Part shown: piece by piece, positions 1 to 8,953 of the stretch
Numbering within the stretch: position 1 is the stretch's first letter
Layout of the letters: every line of letters begins with the position of its first letter
DNA from: an uncultured Gemmatimonadaceae bacterium
GTDB lineage: Bacteria; Gemmatimonadota; Gemmatimonadetes; Gemmatimonadales; Gemmatimonadaceae
Direction: 5' to 3'
DNA: 64,000 nucleotides
NCBI GenBank assembly: GCA_963790305.1
Contig: CAWBOC010000009.1
Span: 544,001 to 608,000, forward strand
Notes under the pieces: model-generated
Seen by the model: only the letters and a program-made list of their open reading frames with translations
Database searches by the model: none
What the model was told of the DNA's origin: nothing
Position numbers and translations under genes: made by a program

Positions 1-421
1 ATCTTCGGAAGTGCTCGTGTTCCCCGAGGCCTGGACGCTGCTCGCCGACCGGATCCGGACCGACGTGCCAGTCCTCATGCGCGGCGGATACTCGCGTCGT
101 GATCAGGGTGCCGACACGCCGGCGTTCATCGTGGAGTCGGTGACGCCGTTCTCGGAGCTGCGGGCCACGGGCAACGTCGCGATCGCCCTCGAGCTGGGCG
201 GCAACGGATCGGCGGTGCCGGCCGATGTGCTGCGCGATGTCCGGGCGATCGTCGAGTCACATGCAGGGTCTGCACCGGTCGAGGTCCGGTGGCGCGACCA
301 CAACGGCGCGAACGCCCGATTCCGGTCGCGCTCGCTCAGGATCGCCGTGACGAACGCCGCATTGAACGAACTACGCGCGTTGCTCGGCGATGAGCGCGTG
401 AGACTCGTACGCGGGAGCTGA
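1..421 (+). CDS. dnaE: DNA polymerase III alpha subunit, C-terminal end (5' partial)
   Basis: VFPEAW..L...I..D.PVLMRG OB-fold segment and 'ALNELRALLGDERVRL' C-terminus; directly upstream of accA, the conserved dnaE-accA order. Confidence 0.8.
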   Translation, partial: SSEVLVFPEAWTLLADRIRTDVPVLMRGGYSRRDQGADTPAFIVESVTPFSELRATGNVAIALELGGNGSAVPADVLRDVRAIVESHAGSAPVEVRWRDHNGANARFRSRSLRIAVTNAALNELRALLGDERVRLVRGS

Positions 422-422
422 G

Positions 423-1391
423 GTGGCCACTGCGACCACGCTCGAGTTCGAGAAGCCGATCGTCGAATTGCAGAATCAGATCGACGAGCTGAAAAAGATG
501 GCGGAGAAGCAGCAGCTGACGGTGGGCGACGAGATCGCGCCGTTGGAGAAGCGGCTCGCCGATTTACGCGTCGAGATCTATCGGAACCTGTCCCCGCTCC
601 AGCGGGTGCTGGTCGCGCGGCACAAGGATCGACCCTTCACGCTCGACTACGTGCGGCTCGTGTTGACGGACTTCATCGAGCTCCACGGCGACCGCGCCTT
701 TCGTGACGATGCGGCCATTGTCGGCGGGTGGGCGCGCCTGGACGGCGAGACGGTGATGATCATTGGGCAGCAGCGCGGCCGGGATACCAAGGAAAACCTC
801 CGCCGGAACTTCGGCATGCCGCACCCCGAGGGTTACCGGAAAGCGCTGCGGCTCATGAAGCTCGCGGAGAAGTTCCAGGTCCCCGTGCTCACCTTCATCG
901 ACACTCCCGGCGCGTGGGCCGGACTCGGCGCCGAAGAGCGCGGCCAGTCGGAAGCGATCGCGCGCAATCTCCTCGAAATGAGCCAGCTCCAGGTGCCGAT
1001 CATCGCGACCGTCATCGGCGAAGGAGGCTCGGGCGGCGCGCTGGCGTTGGGCGTCGCCGACCGCGTGCTCATGCTCGAGAACGCCGTGTATTCGGTGATC
1101 ACGATCGAAGGGTGCGCCGCGATTCTGTGGAAGGATGGCAAGTCGCCCGCCATGAAGGAACGCGCGGCGAGCGCACTGCGCATCACGGCGCAGGATCTCT
1201 ACGAGCTACGCGTCATCGATGAGATCGTCCCCGAACCGCCCGGAGGCGCGCACGCCAATCACGACGAGACCGCGCACGCGCTGCAGCAGACGCTGATGCG
1301 CAATCTCGAAGAGCTGCGGAAGTACAAACCCGACAAGCTCGTGCGCCGGCGGCGGGAAAAATACTTGCGCATGGGACAGTATGCTGAGTAG
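423..1391 (+). CDS. accA: Acetyl-CoA carboxylase carboxyltransferase alpha subunit
   Basis: LEFEKPI, RNFGMPHPEGYRKALRLM, FIDTPGA, GEGGSGGALA motifs. Confidence 0.97.
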   Translation: MATATTLEFEKPIVELQNQIDELKKMAEKQQLTVGDEIAPLEKRLADLRVEIYRNLSPLQRVLVARHKDRPFTLDYVRLVLTDFIELHGDRAFRDDAAIVGGWARLDGETVMIIGQQRGRDTKENLRRNFGMPHPEGYRKALRLMKLAEKFQVPVLTFIDTPGAWAGLGAEERGQSEAIARNLLEMSQLQVPIIATVIGEGGSGGALALGVADRVLMLENAVYSVITIEGCAAILWKDGKSPAMKERAASALRITAQDLYELRVIDEIVPEPPGGAHANHDETAHALQQTLMRNLEELRKYKPDKLVRRRREKYLRMGQYAE

Positions 1392-1393
1392 GG

Positions 1394-1490
1394 CGAATGC
1401 GGAATGCGGGATGCGGATTCCTGATTCGGCCATTGGCGCCTTGGTGGTAGGGTTCATCATCGACTTCCGCATTCCGCCTTCCGCTTTCCA
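1394..1490. repeat. Heptamer-periodic inverted repeat (ATGCGGA-like x3 ... TTCCGCA-like x3)
   Basis: atgcgga atgcggg atgcgga at left, ttccgca ttccgcc ttccgct at right; intergenic accA-ricT. Confidence 0.8.
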
Positions 1491-1493
1491 ATC

Positions 1494-2558
1494 ATGCCCC
1501 ACCTCATAGAAGTCTCGTTCAAAGGGAATCGCCGCGAGTTTTTCGTCTGGGACGGCGAGGAGCCGCCTCGGATGCACGCGCCGGTCATCGTCGAGGCGGA
1601 CCGTGGCGAGGACCTGGGCCGTGTCAACGCCATCGGCGAGCTCGCCGAGCGTCGCTGCGGCGGGTGCGCGCATGGGTGTGGAACCGAGCAGCCGACGCGC
1701 AAGGCAATCCGCGCCGCGACCGCCGACGACGAGCGCCGTGCCGCCGAGCTTCGAGTCCAGGACGAGGAAGCGCGCCGCAAGGCGATGGAGAAGGTTCGCG
1801 CGCACGCGCTCGTCATGAAGGTCTCGGACGCGGAATGGCAGTGGGACCGGCGCAAGCTCACGTTCTATTTCACTGCCGAGAAGCGGGTGGATTTCCGCTC
1901 GCTCGTTCGGGATCTCGCGGCCGTGTTCCGCACCCGCATCGAGCTCAAGCAGATCGGGGTGCGCGATGAAGCCAAGCGATTGAGCGGCATTGGACGGTGC
2001 GGTCGAGAGTACTGCTCTGCCTCGTGGCTCCCCGATCTGCGTCCGGTGAACCTTCAGATCGCGAAGGATCAGCGGCTGTCACTCAACCCGTCGCAGATCT
2101 CGGGCGCCTGCGGTCGCCTGATGTGCTGCCTCCGGTACGAGCACGACTTCTACATCCAGGCCCGGAAGCGTTTTCCCAAGGAGGGCCGGATCCTCGTGAC
2201 CGTTCACGGCGAGGAGAAGGTCATCGCCAACGACATCTTCCGCGAGCGAGTCACGCTGCGCTCGAGCGAAGGCGACATTCGCGTTGTCGCGGTCGCTGAC
2301 CTCGGCCGCGAGCTGCGCCAGCCTGCACCTTTCGCCGTCGAAGCGGAAGAGGAATCCACCGTCGCGACCGCCCTCGACGTTCACGACGACGAGGTGCCTG
2401 ACGAGACCGACGTCATCTCGCCGGTGCGGGCCCCAATCGCCGACGGGGCAGCAACGCGCGAGGGGGCGGCACGACCGAGCGCGCGCCGGCGGGGCCGTCG
2501 GGGCGGCCGGCGCGGCCGGCCGGGAGGCGACGCGCCCGGCTCTCCGCCCAAGGAATAG
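1494..2558 (+). CDS. ricT: PSP1 C-terminal domain protein, RicT/YaaT family (Fe-S regulatory subunit)
   Basis: KLTFYFTAEKRVDFRSLVRDLA, RIELKQIGVRDEAK, CGREYC, LSLNPSQISGACGRLMCCLRYE. Confidence 0.9.
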   Translation: MPHLIEVSFKGNRREFFVWDGEEPPRMHAPVIVEADRGEDLGRVNAIGELAERRCGGCAHGCGTEQPTRKAIRAATADDERRAAELRVQDEEARRKAMEKVRAHALVMKVSDAEWQWDRRKLTFYFTAEKRVDFRSLVRDLAAVFRTRIELKQIGVRDEAKRLSGIGRCGREYCSASWLPDLRPVNLQIAKDQRLSLNPSQISGACGRLMCCLRYEHDFYIQARKRFPKEGRILVTVHGEEKVIANDIFRERVTLRSSEGDIRVVAVADLGRELRQPAPFAVEAEEESTVATALDVHDDEVPDETDVISPVRAPIADGAATREGAARPSARRRGRRGGRRGRPGGDAPGSPPKE

Positions 2559-2559
2559 A

Positions 2560-4117
2560 GTGGGAAAGTTCTACATCACGACGGCGATCGACTACGCGAA
2601 CGGCGATCCGCACATCGGGCACGCGTACGAGAAGATCGGCGCCGACGCCATCGCGCGATTCCACCGGTTGCGCGGCGACGAGGTCCACTTTCTCATCGGC
2701 ATGGACGAGCACGGCCAGACCGTCGCTCAGAAAGCCGCCGAGCGCGGTCTCACGCCGCAGCAGCAGGTCGATGAGATCTCGCCGCGGTTTCGCGCGATGT
2801 GGACCAGGCTGGAGATCTCCGACGACCAATTCATCCGGACGACCGAGGACGCGCACAAGGCAGGTGTGCGCGCCCTCATCAAGCGCATCTTCGACAACAA
2901 TCCCGACGACTTCTACGAGAGGTCGTATCGTGGGCTGTACTGCATCGGATGCGAGTCGTTCAAGCAGGCGTCGGAGGTCGTCGATGGGCGCTGTGTGCTG
3001 CACCCCACACGCGTGCTGGAGCAGGTCGAGGAACGGAACTGGTTCTTTCGGCTGAGCAAGTACGAGGGGTTTCTGCGACGGCTTTTTACCGAGCGACCGG
3101 AATTCCTGCAGCCGGATTCACGCCGCAACGAGATGCTCTCGCTGCTCGACCAGGGCCTCGAGGACATTAGCGCCAGTCGTGCGCGCTTCACATGGGGAGT
3201 GCCCTTCCCGGCCCCGCTCAGCGATGGGGAGCACCAAACCACGTACGTGTGGTTCGACGCGCTCCCCAACTATCTGACCGCGACCGGCTTTCCCGCGAAG
3301 GGTTACCGCGACCGCTGGCCCGCCGACGTGCACATCATCGGCAAGGACATCACGCGGTTTCACAGCATCATCTGGCCCGCGATGCTGCAAGCCGCCGAGC
3401 TCCCACTTCCTCGCCGCGTGTGGGTGCACGGCTTCGTTCTGTTCGGCGGTGAAAAATTCAGCAAGACGGCGGGCGTCCGGCTCGATCTCGAGGAAGCCAT
3501 CGCGCGATTCGGTGTTGACCCGTTCCGGTATTTCTTGCTGCGTGAGGTGCCGTTCGATGGGGATGGCAGCTTCACGTGGGAGCGGTTCGAGGACCGCTAC
3601 AACGCCGATCTGGCAAACGCGTTCGGCAATCTCGCGAGCCGCGTCGTGACAATGATCGAGAAGTACACCGGTGGGACGGTCCCTCCCGGCCAGTCGAACG
3701 AGATCGATCGGGCCGACGCATCCGATCTCGCCGAATACATCTCGGCCATGGATGGGAGTCGCGGCTATCTGCTGCACGAGGCGCTGCGCGTCGTGTGGAA
3801 GAGCGTTACGCGTGCGAACGAGTACGCCCAGCAGAAGCAGCCGTGGGCACTCTCCAAACAGCCTGACTGCCGCGCCGAGCTCGAGCAGGTGCTGGCTTCA
3901 CTCGTGCGCCAGTTGGCGCGCCTCGCGGTGTTGGTGTCCCCGTTCATGCCGCTCAAGGCGCAGGAGCTCTGGGAGTCGCTGGGGGGCCCCGCACACCGTG
4001 TCCGAGCAGCGTCTGGATGCCCTCCAGCGGCTCGATCCTGCGGGGTGGCGAGTGACCAAGGGGCCGGCCCTGTTCCCTCGCGACCAGCACGCGACGCAGG
4101 CTTCCAGCCCGGTCTGA
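2560..4117 (+). CDS. metG: Methionine--tRNA ligase (short form), with a one-base frameshift near 3981-3990
   Basis: GTG start at 2560; FYITTAIDYANGDPHIGH, DEHG, Zn-knuckle CIGC...CVLH, YVWFDAL, KFSKT (KMSKS variant); the typical C-terminal 'KGPALFPR' lies in the +1 frame after the G6C4 run. Confidence 0.92.
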
Positions 4118-4358
4118 CGCCGCCCTCGCGGCGCTTTGGGATGTGCTCGGGAATTCGCGCGGATTGGTGACGTGGCGCACGCGCGCAATGTGTCGGCAAA
4201 CATTTGCCGCATAACAACTTAGCGACATCGTACAGTGCGCTCCGGCCCGTTTTTTGACTTAGGGTCGGACGCAGGGATTCGACGGATGATTCAACGTGAC
4301 GGGCGCCTCTGGCAGACCGTCCTTGAAGTGTATCCCGCATGCTGTCACGAGGAGCCGC

Positions 4359-5288
4359 ATGACCCAGCGAAGCTGGACGCTATTGGTCGTTCCCCATGGG
4401 AGCGACTCGCCCCGCACGTTCACGCTCACCGAGCGTGTGCTGCGCCTTGCCTCGGGCTTCGCCGCCCTGGTCGGTATCGTGGCGGCGATTGGTATCGGCG
4501 TCCTCGTCAGCACCGTCGGGATGCCCACGTCCCGCATTGCACAGCGCGAGAACCGCCTGCTGTCGCAAGAGCTGATCGATCTCAAGCTCCGGCTTCGCCA
4601 CCTCGAGGATACCCTCGACGTGATCGGAAAGCACGACGAGCGCGTGCGACTCCTCGCGGGTCTGGCGCCGGTCGATTCGCAGGTGGCGCAGGTCGGCATC
4701 GGGGGTCCTGGCATGCCGCAGGTCACGGATGATCCACTCTTCCGGACCAACCCGACGCTCGGGCGAATGGCATTCGATACGCGCATCGATCTCGACAAGC
4801 TGTTGCGGCGCGCGAACCTGCTCGCGCAGAGCTTCGCCGACGTGTCCGACTCGCTCACCAAGCATCACGAGCGCTATCAGCGTATTCCCTCGATCATGCC
4901 GACGGCCGGATGGCTCTCGAGCACGTTCAAGCGAAGCCGATTCCATCCGATCCTGCACATCAGCCGCCCGCATGAAGGGATCGACGTCAGTGCGCCAATG
5001 GGCGCCCCGATCGTCGCGCCCGCTGCGGGTATCATCGTGCGCGTTGCTCGCGAAGCGGGGTACGGACTTGTCCTCGAGATCGACCACGGCAACGGCATCG
5101 AGACGAAGTTCGCCCACATGTCGCGGGTGATGGTGCGCAAGGGTCAACGGGTGAAGCGCGGTCAGGAGATCGCCGCCGTCGGCAATAGCGGACTCTCGAC
5201 CGGCCCGCATCTGCACTACGAGATTCACATCAATGGGAAGGTCGTGGATCCGCTCACGTACGTGATGCCGGACGCGATTCCGGACTAA
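4359..5288 (+). CDS. M23 family metallopeptidase (membrane-anchored, coiled coil + catalytic domain)
   Basis: TM segment, coiled coil, HEGID and STGPHLHYE motifs; GGAG RBS before ATG 4359. Confidence 0.92.
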   Translation: MTQRSWTLLVVPHGSDSPRTFTLTERVLRLASGFAALVGIVAAIGIGVLVSTVGMPTSRIAQRENRLLSQELIDLKLRLRHLEDTLDVIGKHDERVRLLAGLAPVDSQVAQVGIGGPGMPQVTDDPLFRTNPTLGRMAFDTRIDLDKLLRRANLLAQSFADVSDSLTKHHERYQRIPSIMPTAGWLSSTFKRSRFHPILHISRPHEGIDVSAPMGAPIVAPAAGIIVRVAREAGYGLVLEIDHGNGIETKFAHMSRVMVRKGQRVKRGQEIAAVGNSGLSTGPHLHYEIHINGKVVDPLTYVMPDAIPD

Positions 5289-5294
5289 GGAAAA

Positions 5295-5408
5295 TCCGGA
5301 GACGTCAGGGATCAGATCTCAGAAAACCTAACGGGGAGCCGATACTGTGGCTCCCCGTTGGTGTTTCTGACCATTGATCCCTGACGTCTGATCCCTGACG
5401 TCTCCGGA
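5295..5408. repeat. Long imperfect hairpin with heptamer-periodic arms and inner GGGGAGCC/GGCTCCCC stem; probable bidirectional terminator
   Basis: tccggagacgtcagggatca...aacggggagcc / ggctccccgtt...tgatccctgacgtctccgga between convergent genes. Confidence 0.8.
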
Positions 5409-5429
5409 AGTTGCCCCTGCTGTTGCCTG

Positions 5430-6050
5430 CTACCTCGGCGGCCCCGAGCCGCTCGCGCCACCACCACTGGGATTACTCCCCGACGTCCCCGTCGGCGATC
5501 CGAAATCCACCCGCGGCGCTTGCCCCGCTTCTGCTGATGCCTCGAAATACTGCCGAGGCTTGGCGCCCGTCACCTTGGCGGTGAGGTTCTGCGGGAACTG
5601 GCGGATGTAGCTGTTGTAGTCGCGTGCCGCTTCGTTGTAGTCCTGTCGAGCGACGGCAATCCGGTTCTCCGTCCCCGCCAACTCGTCCTGCAAGCGAAGG
5701 AAAAGCTGATCGGCCTTCAGCTGGGGATAGTTCTCCGCCACCGCGATCAGCCTGCCTAACGCCCCGGTGAGCTGCGTGTTCGCCGCCTCCATCTGCGCCG
5801 GGTCGCCGGACCGCACGGCCTCGCCCACACGGGAGCGAGCCTCCGCTACCCCGGTGAACACCGCCTGCTCGTGCTCCGCATACCGCTTGACCGTGTTGAC
5901 GAGATTCCCGATCAGGTCGGAGCGGCGCTGCAGCTGCACCTCGATCTGCTGCTTGGCCCCCGCGGCACGCTCGTCCATGCTCTGGATCGTGTTGTAACCG
6001 CAGCCGACCATCAGTGCGCCAGCGAGTGGCGCCAGCCAGCGAAGTCGCAT
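5430..6050 (-). CDS. lemA: LemA family protein (lipoprotein-like N-terminus)
   Basis: GCGYNTIQ, QLQRRSDLI, ENYPQLKAD..F.RLQDELAGTENRIAVARQDYN; RBS GGAGGAG. Confidence 0.92.
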   Translation of the reverse strand: MRLRWLAPLAGALMVGCGYNTIQSMDERAAGAKQQIEVQLQRRSDLIGNLVNTVKRYAEHEQAVFTGVAEARSRVGEAVRSGDPAQMEAANTQLTGALGRLIAVAENYPQLKADQLFLRLQDELAGTENRIAVARQDYNEAARDYNSYIRQFPQNLTAKVTGAKPRQYFEASAEAGQAPRVDFGSPTGTSGSNPSGGGASGSGPPR

Positions 6051-6073
6051 GTCTCTCCTCCCAATGTGCGATA

Positions 6074-6592
6074 TCATCCCGTGCCACCACCGGTAAACCG
6101 AAGATCGACCTGATAGGTACCCGCGGGCACCTCGCCCGGGGAAACCTTCCAGGCATTCGCCGCGCGCTCGTTCAGGCATTCGTTCACGGCCTTCCCCGAG
6201 CTCGACGACCATGAATCGGCGCCGACGCGGGCCGCGGAGACGCCGTTGCGACCCACCGTCACGATCATCGCGACGCCGCCTCGCAGCCGCGGATCGCTCT
6301 TCAGTCCGAATTCGCGGTAGCAGAAATTCGAGAACGCCTGCTCCCGCTCAACGGCATCCATCAAGGCTGCCGGCGCGACTGCATAACGCGTCGTCACCGT
6401 CCTCGGCGTCTCGAGCTTCGGTGGCGTGAACGTATCGGGTGCAGCTGGGGGCAGCGACGTCGTCACCGAATCGAGGTTCAACGGCGTCGTGTCTCGCGGA
6501 ATCGTGTCCACGGGCACCTGCGCGGTATCGTCGTCCTTTGGACAGGCGAGCAGCGCGAGAACGAGTGGCGTGGCAAGCAGTAATCTCTTCAT
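6074..6592 (-). CDS. Lipoprotein with AgmX/PglI-type (TonB-C-like) C-terminal domain
   Basis: Lipobox LLAC, Pro/Thr linker, FCYREFGLKSDPRLRG...NECL...W, closely matching the C-terminus of the 8954-9985 product. Confidence 0.75.
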   Translation of the reverse strand: MKRLLLATPLVLALLACPKDDDTAQVPVDTIPRDTTPLNLDSVTTSLPPAAPDTFTPPKLETPRTVTTRYAVAPAALMDAVEREQAFSNFCYREFGLKSDPRLRGGVAMIVTVGRNGVSAARVGADSWSSSSGKAVNECLNERAANAWKVSPGEVPAGTYQVDLRFTGGGTG

Positions 6593-7305
6593 GCGTGTCC
6601 CATTCGGTCGATGTGTTCGACGAGCCGGTGCACGGTCTCGAGGTATCCCGAGAGAACGGCGGTCGTCTCCTGCTCGGTCAGCACTTGTGCTCCTCGCACG
6701 TGCCGGACCACTCGGGCGAACGGGGCCGCATCAAACGCGGCCAGCCGCCCGACCTTCGTGCTCAGCTCCTCGTAATCGCGAGGCGGCGTTTCGCCGTGCA
6801 GGCGCACCACTGCCCGAAAGATCACCATGAAGGTACTGAGCGAATCCCGCAACAGCTCCACGATGCGACGATGGTCGCCTCCCGTCCGCAGAATTCCCTG
6901 GCGGAACTGGATCAGCTTCCCCATGGCCTCGTGCTCGGTCTGAAGTCTGAGGTGCTCGCGGCTCGGCTTCACGCCATCGAACGGCGGCGTGCCATGCAGC
7001 ACCCGATGCCCCTCGAGAATGTCGGCGTACTCCATGGGGAAGATGTCGGCCGAGGCGCGCCATTCGGCGTCGGTCATGGTGAGCGGCGGCGGGTTGCCCG
7101 CCTCCCCCCACGCTCGCGCGATCGCCGCCTCGCGGCGCAGACGGTCGACGTCGATGCGCTGCACGATCACCAGCACGTTGAGGTCGGATCGCTTCGCGAA
7201 GTGCTCCCCGGCCGCCGCCGATCCGTAGAGTACGACGCAGCGCAGCTCGTCGCCGTAGGCCGTGCGCAGTTGTGAAACGAGGTCGTCGAGTGTCATCGAA
7301 GCCAT
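6589..7305 (-). CDS. Nucleotidyltransferase-domain protein
   Basis: VVLYGSAAAG....RSDLNVLV pol-beta NTase motif; DIFPMEYADI; typical neighbour of LemA/TPM genes. Confidence 0.85.
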   Translation of the reverse strand: MASMTLDDLVSQLRTAYGDELRCVVLYGSAAAGEHFAKRSDLNVLVIVQRIDVDRLRREAAIARAWGEAGNPPPLTMTDAEWRASADIFPMEYADILEGHRVLHGTPPFDGVKPSREHLRLQTEHEAMGKLIQFRQGILRTGGDHRRIVELLRDSLSTFMVIFRAVVRLHGETPPRDYEELSTKVGRLAAFDAAPFARVVRHVRGAQVLTEQETTAVLSGYLETVHRLVEHIDRMGHA

Positions 7306-7316
7306 GGACTCACTCC

Positions 7317-8198
7317 TCACCAGCTCGAGCCGCCACCACCACCACTGAACCCACCCCCACCACCGAACCCACCGAAGCCACCGCCACCGAATCCACCACC
7401 GCCGAATCCGCCACCGCCCCAGCCGCGTCCTCGATGTCCTCCAGCAGGGAACGGAAGGAAAATCGGAAGGCAGCCTCCGCCACCACAGCCACCGCGGCGG
7501 CCGCGGCGCCCACGCCGAGCTATCGAGCTGATGAAGATGATCGCGACGAGGGCCAGCAGGAACAGGGTCTGCGGCGGGATTCCACCGGGAGTACGCACGC
7601 GAATGGGCGGCTCCTGCGCGCGCCCCAGCTCACGGCCCAGCTGAGGGCCGAAGAGGCTGTCCAGCGGTACGTTGAACTCGCGCGCGAACTCGCTCGCGAC
7701 TCCGGCAGCAAGCTGGAGTGTCGCTTCACTGTAGTCCCGCCGCTGAAAAACCGGAATGACGGACCGGCAGAGCTCCCCCCCATCGCCATCGCTGATGAAC
7801 CCTTCAGCGCCACGGCCCACCTCAATTCGGCAGCGCCCGCGCCCATCGGAGGCGGTCTCTTTCGGGACGATCAGAATCACGACACCCGCGTTGCGTACTC
7901 GGTCGCCCGGCTCGGCTTTCGCGCCCACGCCCCATTGACGCCCGATCTCGAGCGCGACGTCCGCGGCATCGCGCTGCCCAATATCGGGCAACGTCACGAC
8001 CGCGAGCTCGCCGCCCGTGCGTTGCTTGAGCTGGAGTGCGATGCGGTTGATCGTTGCTTCCGCGTCCGGCGAGAGCACGTTCGCCTCGTCGACGACGACT
8101 TCAGCCGCCGTCGGAGAGAAGCCGCGCGGCGGCGACGGCACCTGGATCGCTTGCAGCGCCATCAGGGCGCCGATAGCTTGCAGCCCGCTATGCCACAT
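7317..8198 (-). CDS. TPM domain (YgcG-like) membrane protein with Gly-rich tail
   Basis: VVDEANVLS, WGVG, RIEVGRGAEG, C-terminal GGFGGFGGGGGFSGGGGGSSW. Confidence 0.92.
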   Translation of the reverse strand: MWHSGLQAIGALMALQAIQVPSPPRGFSPTAAEVVVDEANVLSPDAEATINRIALQLKQRTGGELAVVTLPDIGQRDAADVALEIGRQWGVGAKAEPGDRVRNAGVVILIVPKETASDGRGRCRIEVGRGAEGFISDGDGGELCRSVIPVFQRRDYSEATLQLAAGVASEFAREFNVPLDSLFGPQLGRELGRAQEPPIRVRTPGGIPPQTLFLLALVAIIFISSIARRGRRGRRGGCGGGGCLPIFLPFPAGGHRGRGWGGGGFGGGGFGGGGFGGFGGGGGFSGGGGGSSW

Positions 8199-8237
8199 CA
8201 CGTCGGTGGGCGTTGGTCGGGGGCAGCGCGGTACGCC

Positions 8238-8888
8238 ATGGCGATCGCGCTGCTCGTCGTACATGGGTGCACGTCCGACGACGCACGTGTCATCGTGCGC
8301 GTGACGAGCGGGTCGGGACGCGCGGTGATCGCGTCGCCAGTCGATCCGCGTGCGCTACGCGCGTGGGACTCCCCACGCAGCGCGACGGGAGCCGTCGCAA
8401 GATCCATTGCGCGCTACTACGCGGCCAGCGACAGCGCGGATTCACTCGACGCGGCTTTTCAGCAAGCACGCGACTCGCTTAACCGGGAGGCGCGAAGCCT
8501 CACCGGCGGCGATCGCCGCAGCATGGAGTACGGGAAGCGATACGACGCGTACATGGCGCGCGTCGCTGTGGCAACCCGTACTCGTGAGGCGCGCGATCGC
8601 GCTCGGCGCCACGCCGCCACGCTCCGCGCGCAGCTGGGCGCCGACGCGCCCGACCCGGCGCAACGACGAGCCGACCCGGGCGCGCGCCTTCGCACCGCCC
8701 TCGACAGCGCAGCGCGCGCCGCCGGAAAGCAGATCGTTCGCGGCTCGCTTCGCGATGGCCAGGCGGCGCTCGAGCTGACGCCGGGCGTCTGGTGGTTGGC
8801 GGTCGAGACTAGCGAAGGACTGCTCACGGGCGTGAGACGACACGAGATGCGCCCTGGAGCGCGAGACACGGTGCAAATCGGCGCCTGA
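8238..8888 (+). CDS. Hypothetical exported protein / lipoprotein with helical insert
   Basis: MAIALLVVHGC lipobox-like start; fills the gap between minus-strand genes; ends at a hairpin; start uncertain. Confidence 0.6.
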   Translation: MAIALLVVHGCTSDDARVIVRVTSGSGRAVIASPVDPRALRAWDSPRSATGAVARSIARYYAASDSADSLDAAFQQARDSLNREARSLTGGDRRSMEYGKRYDAYMARVAVATRTREARDRARRHAATLRAQLGADAPDPAQRRADPGARLRTALDSAARAAGKQIVRGSLRDGQAALELTPGVWWLAVETSEGLLTGVRRHEMRPGARDTVQIGA

Positions 8889-8904
8889 CAGCCCCGAACG
8901 AGAA

Positions 8905-8930
8905 CGCGGGGCGGATTGCTCCGCCCCGCG
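8905..8930. terminator. GC-rich hairpin between convergent genes
   Basis: cgcggggcgga-ttgc-tccgccccgcg. Confidence 0.65.
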
Positions 8931-8953
8931 CTGCGTGATCCCCGCGGGATCGG

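Noticed and set aside
7317..7520. ccaccgcc-type repeats as a possible array
   Set aside because: They encode the Gly-rich tail of the TPM protein; the same applies to the repeats at 9300-9500
7272..8237. N-terminal 322 aa of the 538-aa plus-strand ORF 7272-8888
   Set aside because: Antisense shadow of the Gly-rich TPM gene; only the part from ~8238 looks like a real protein
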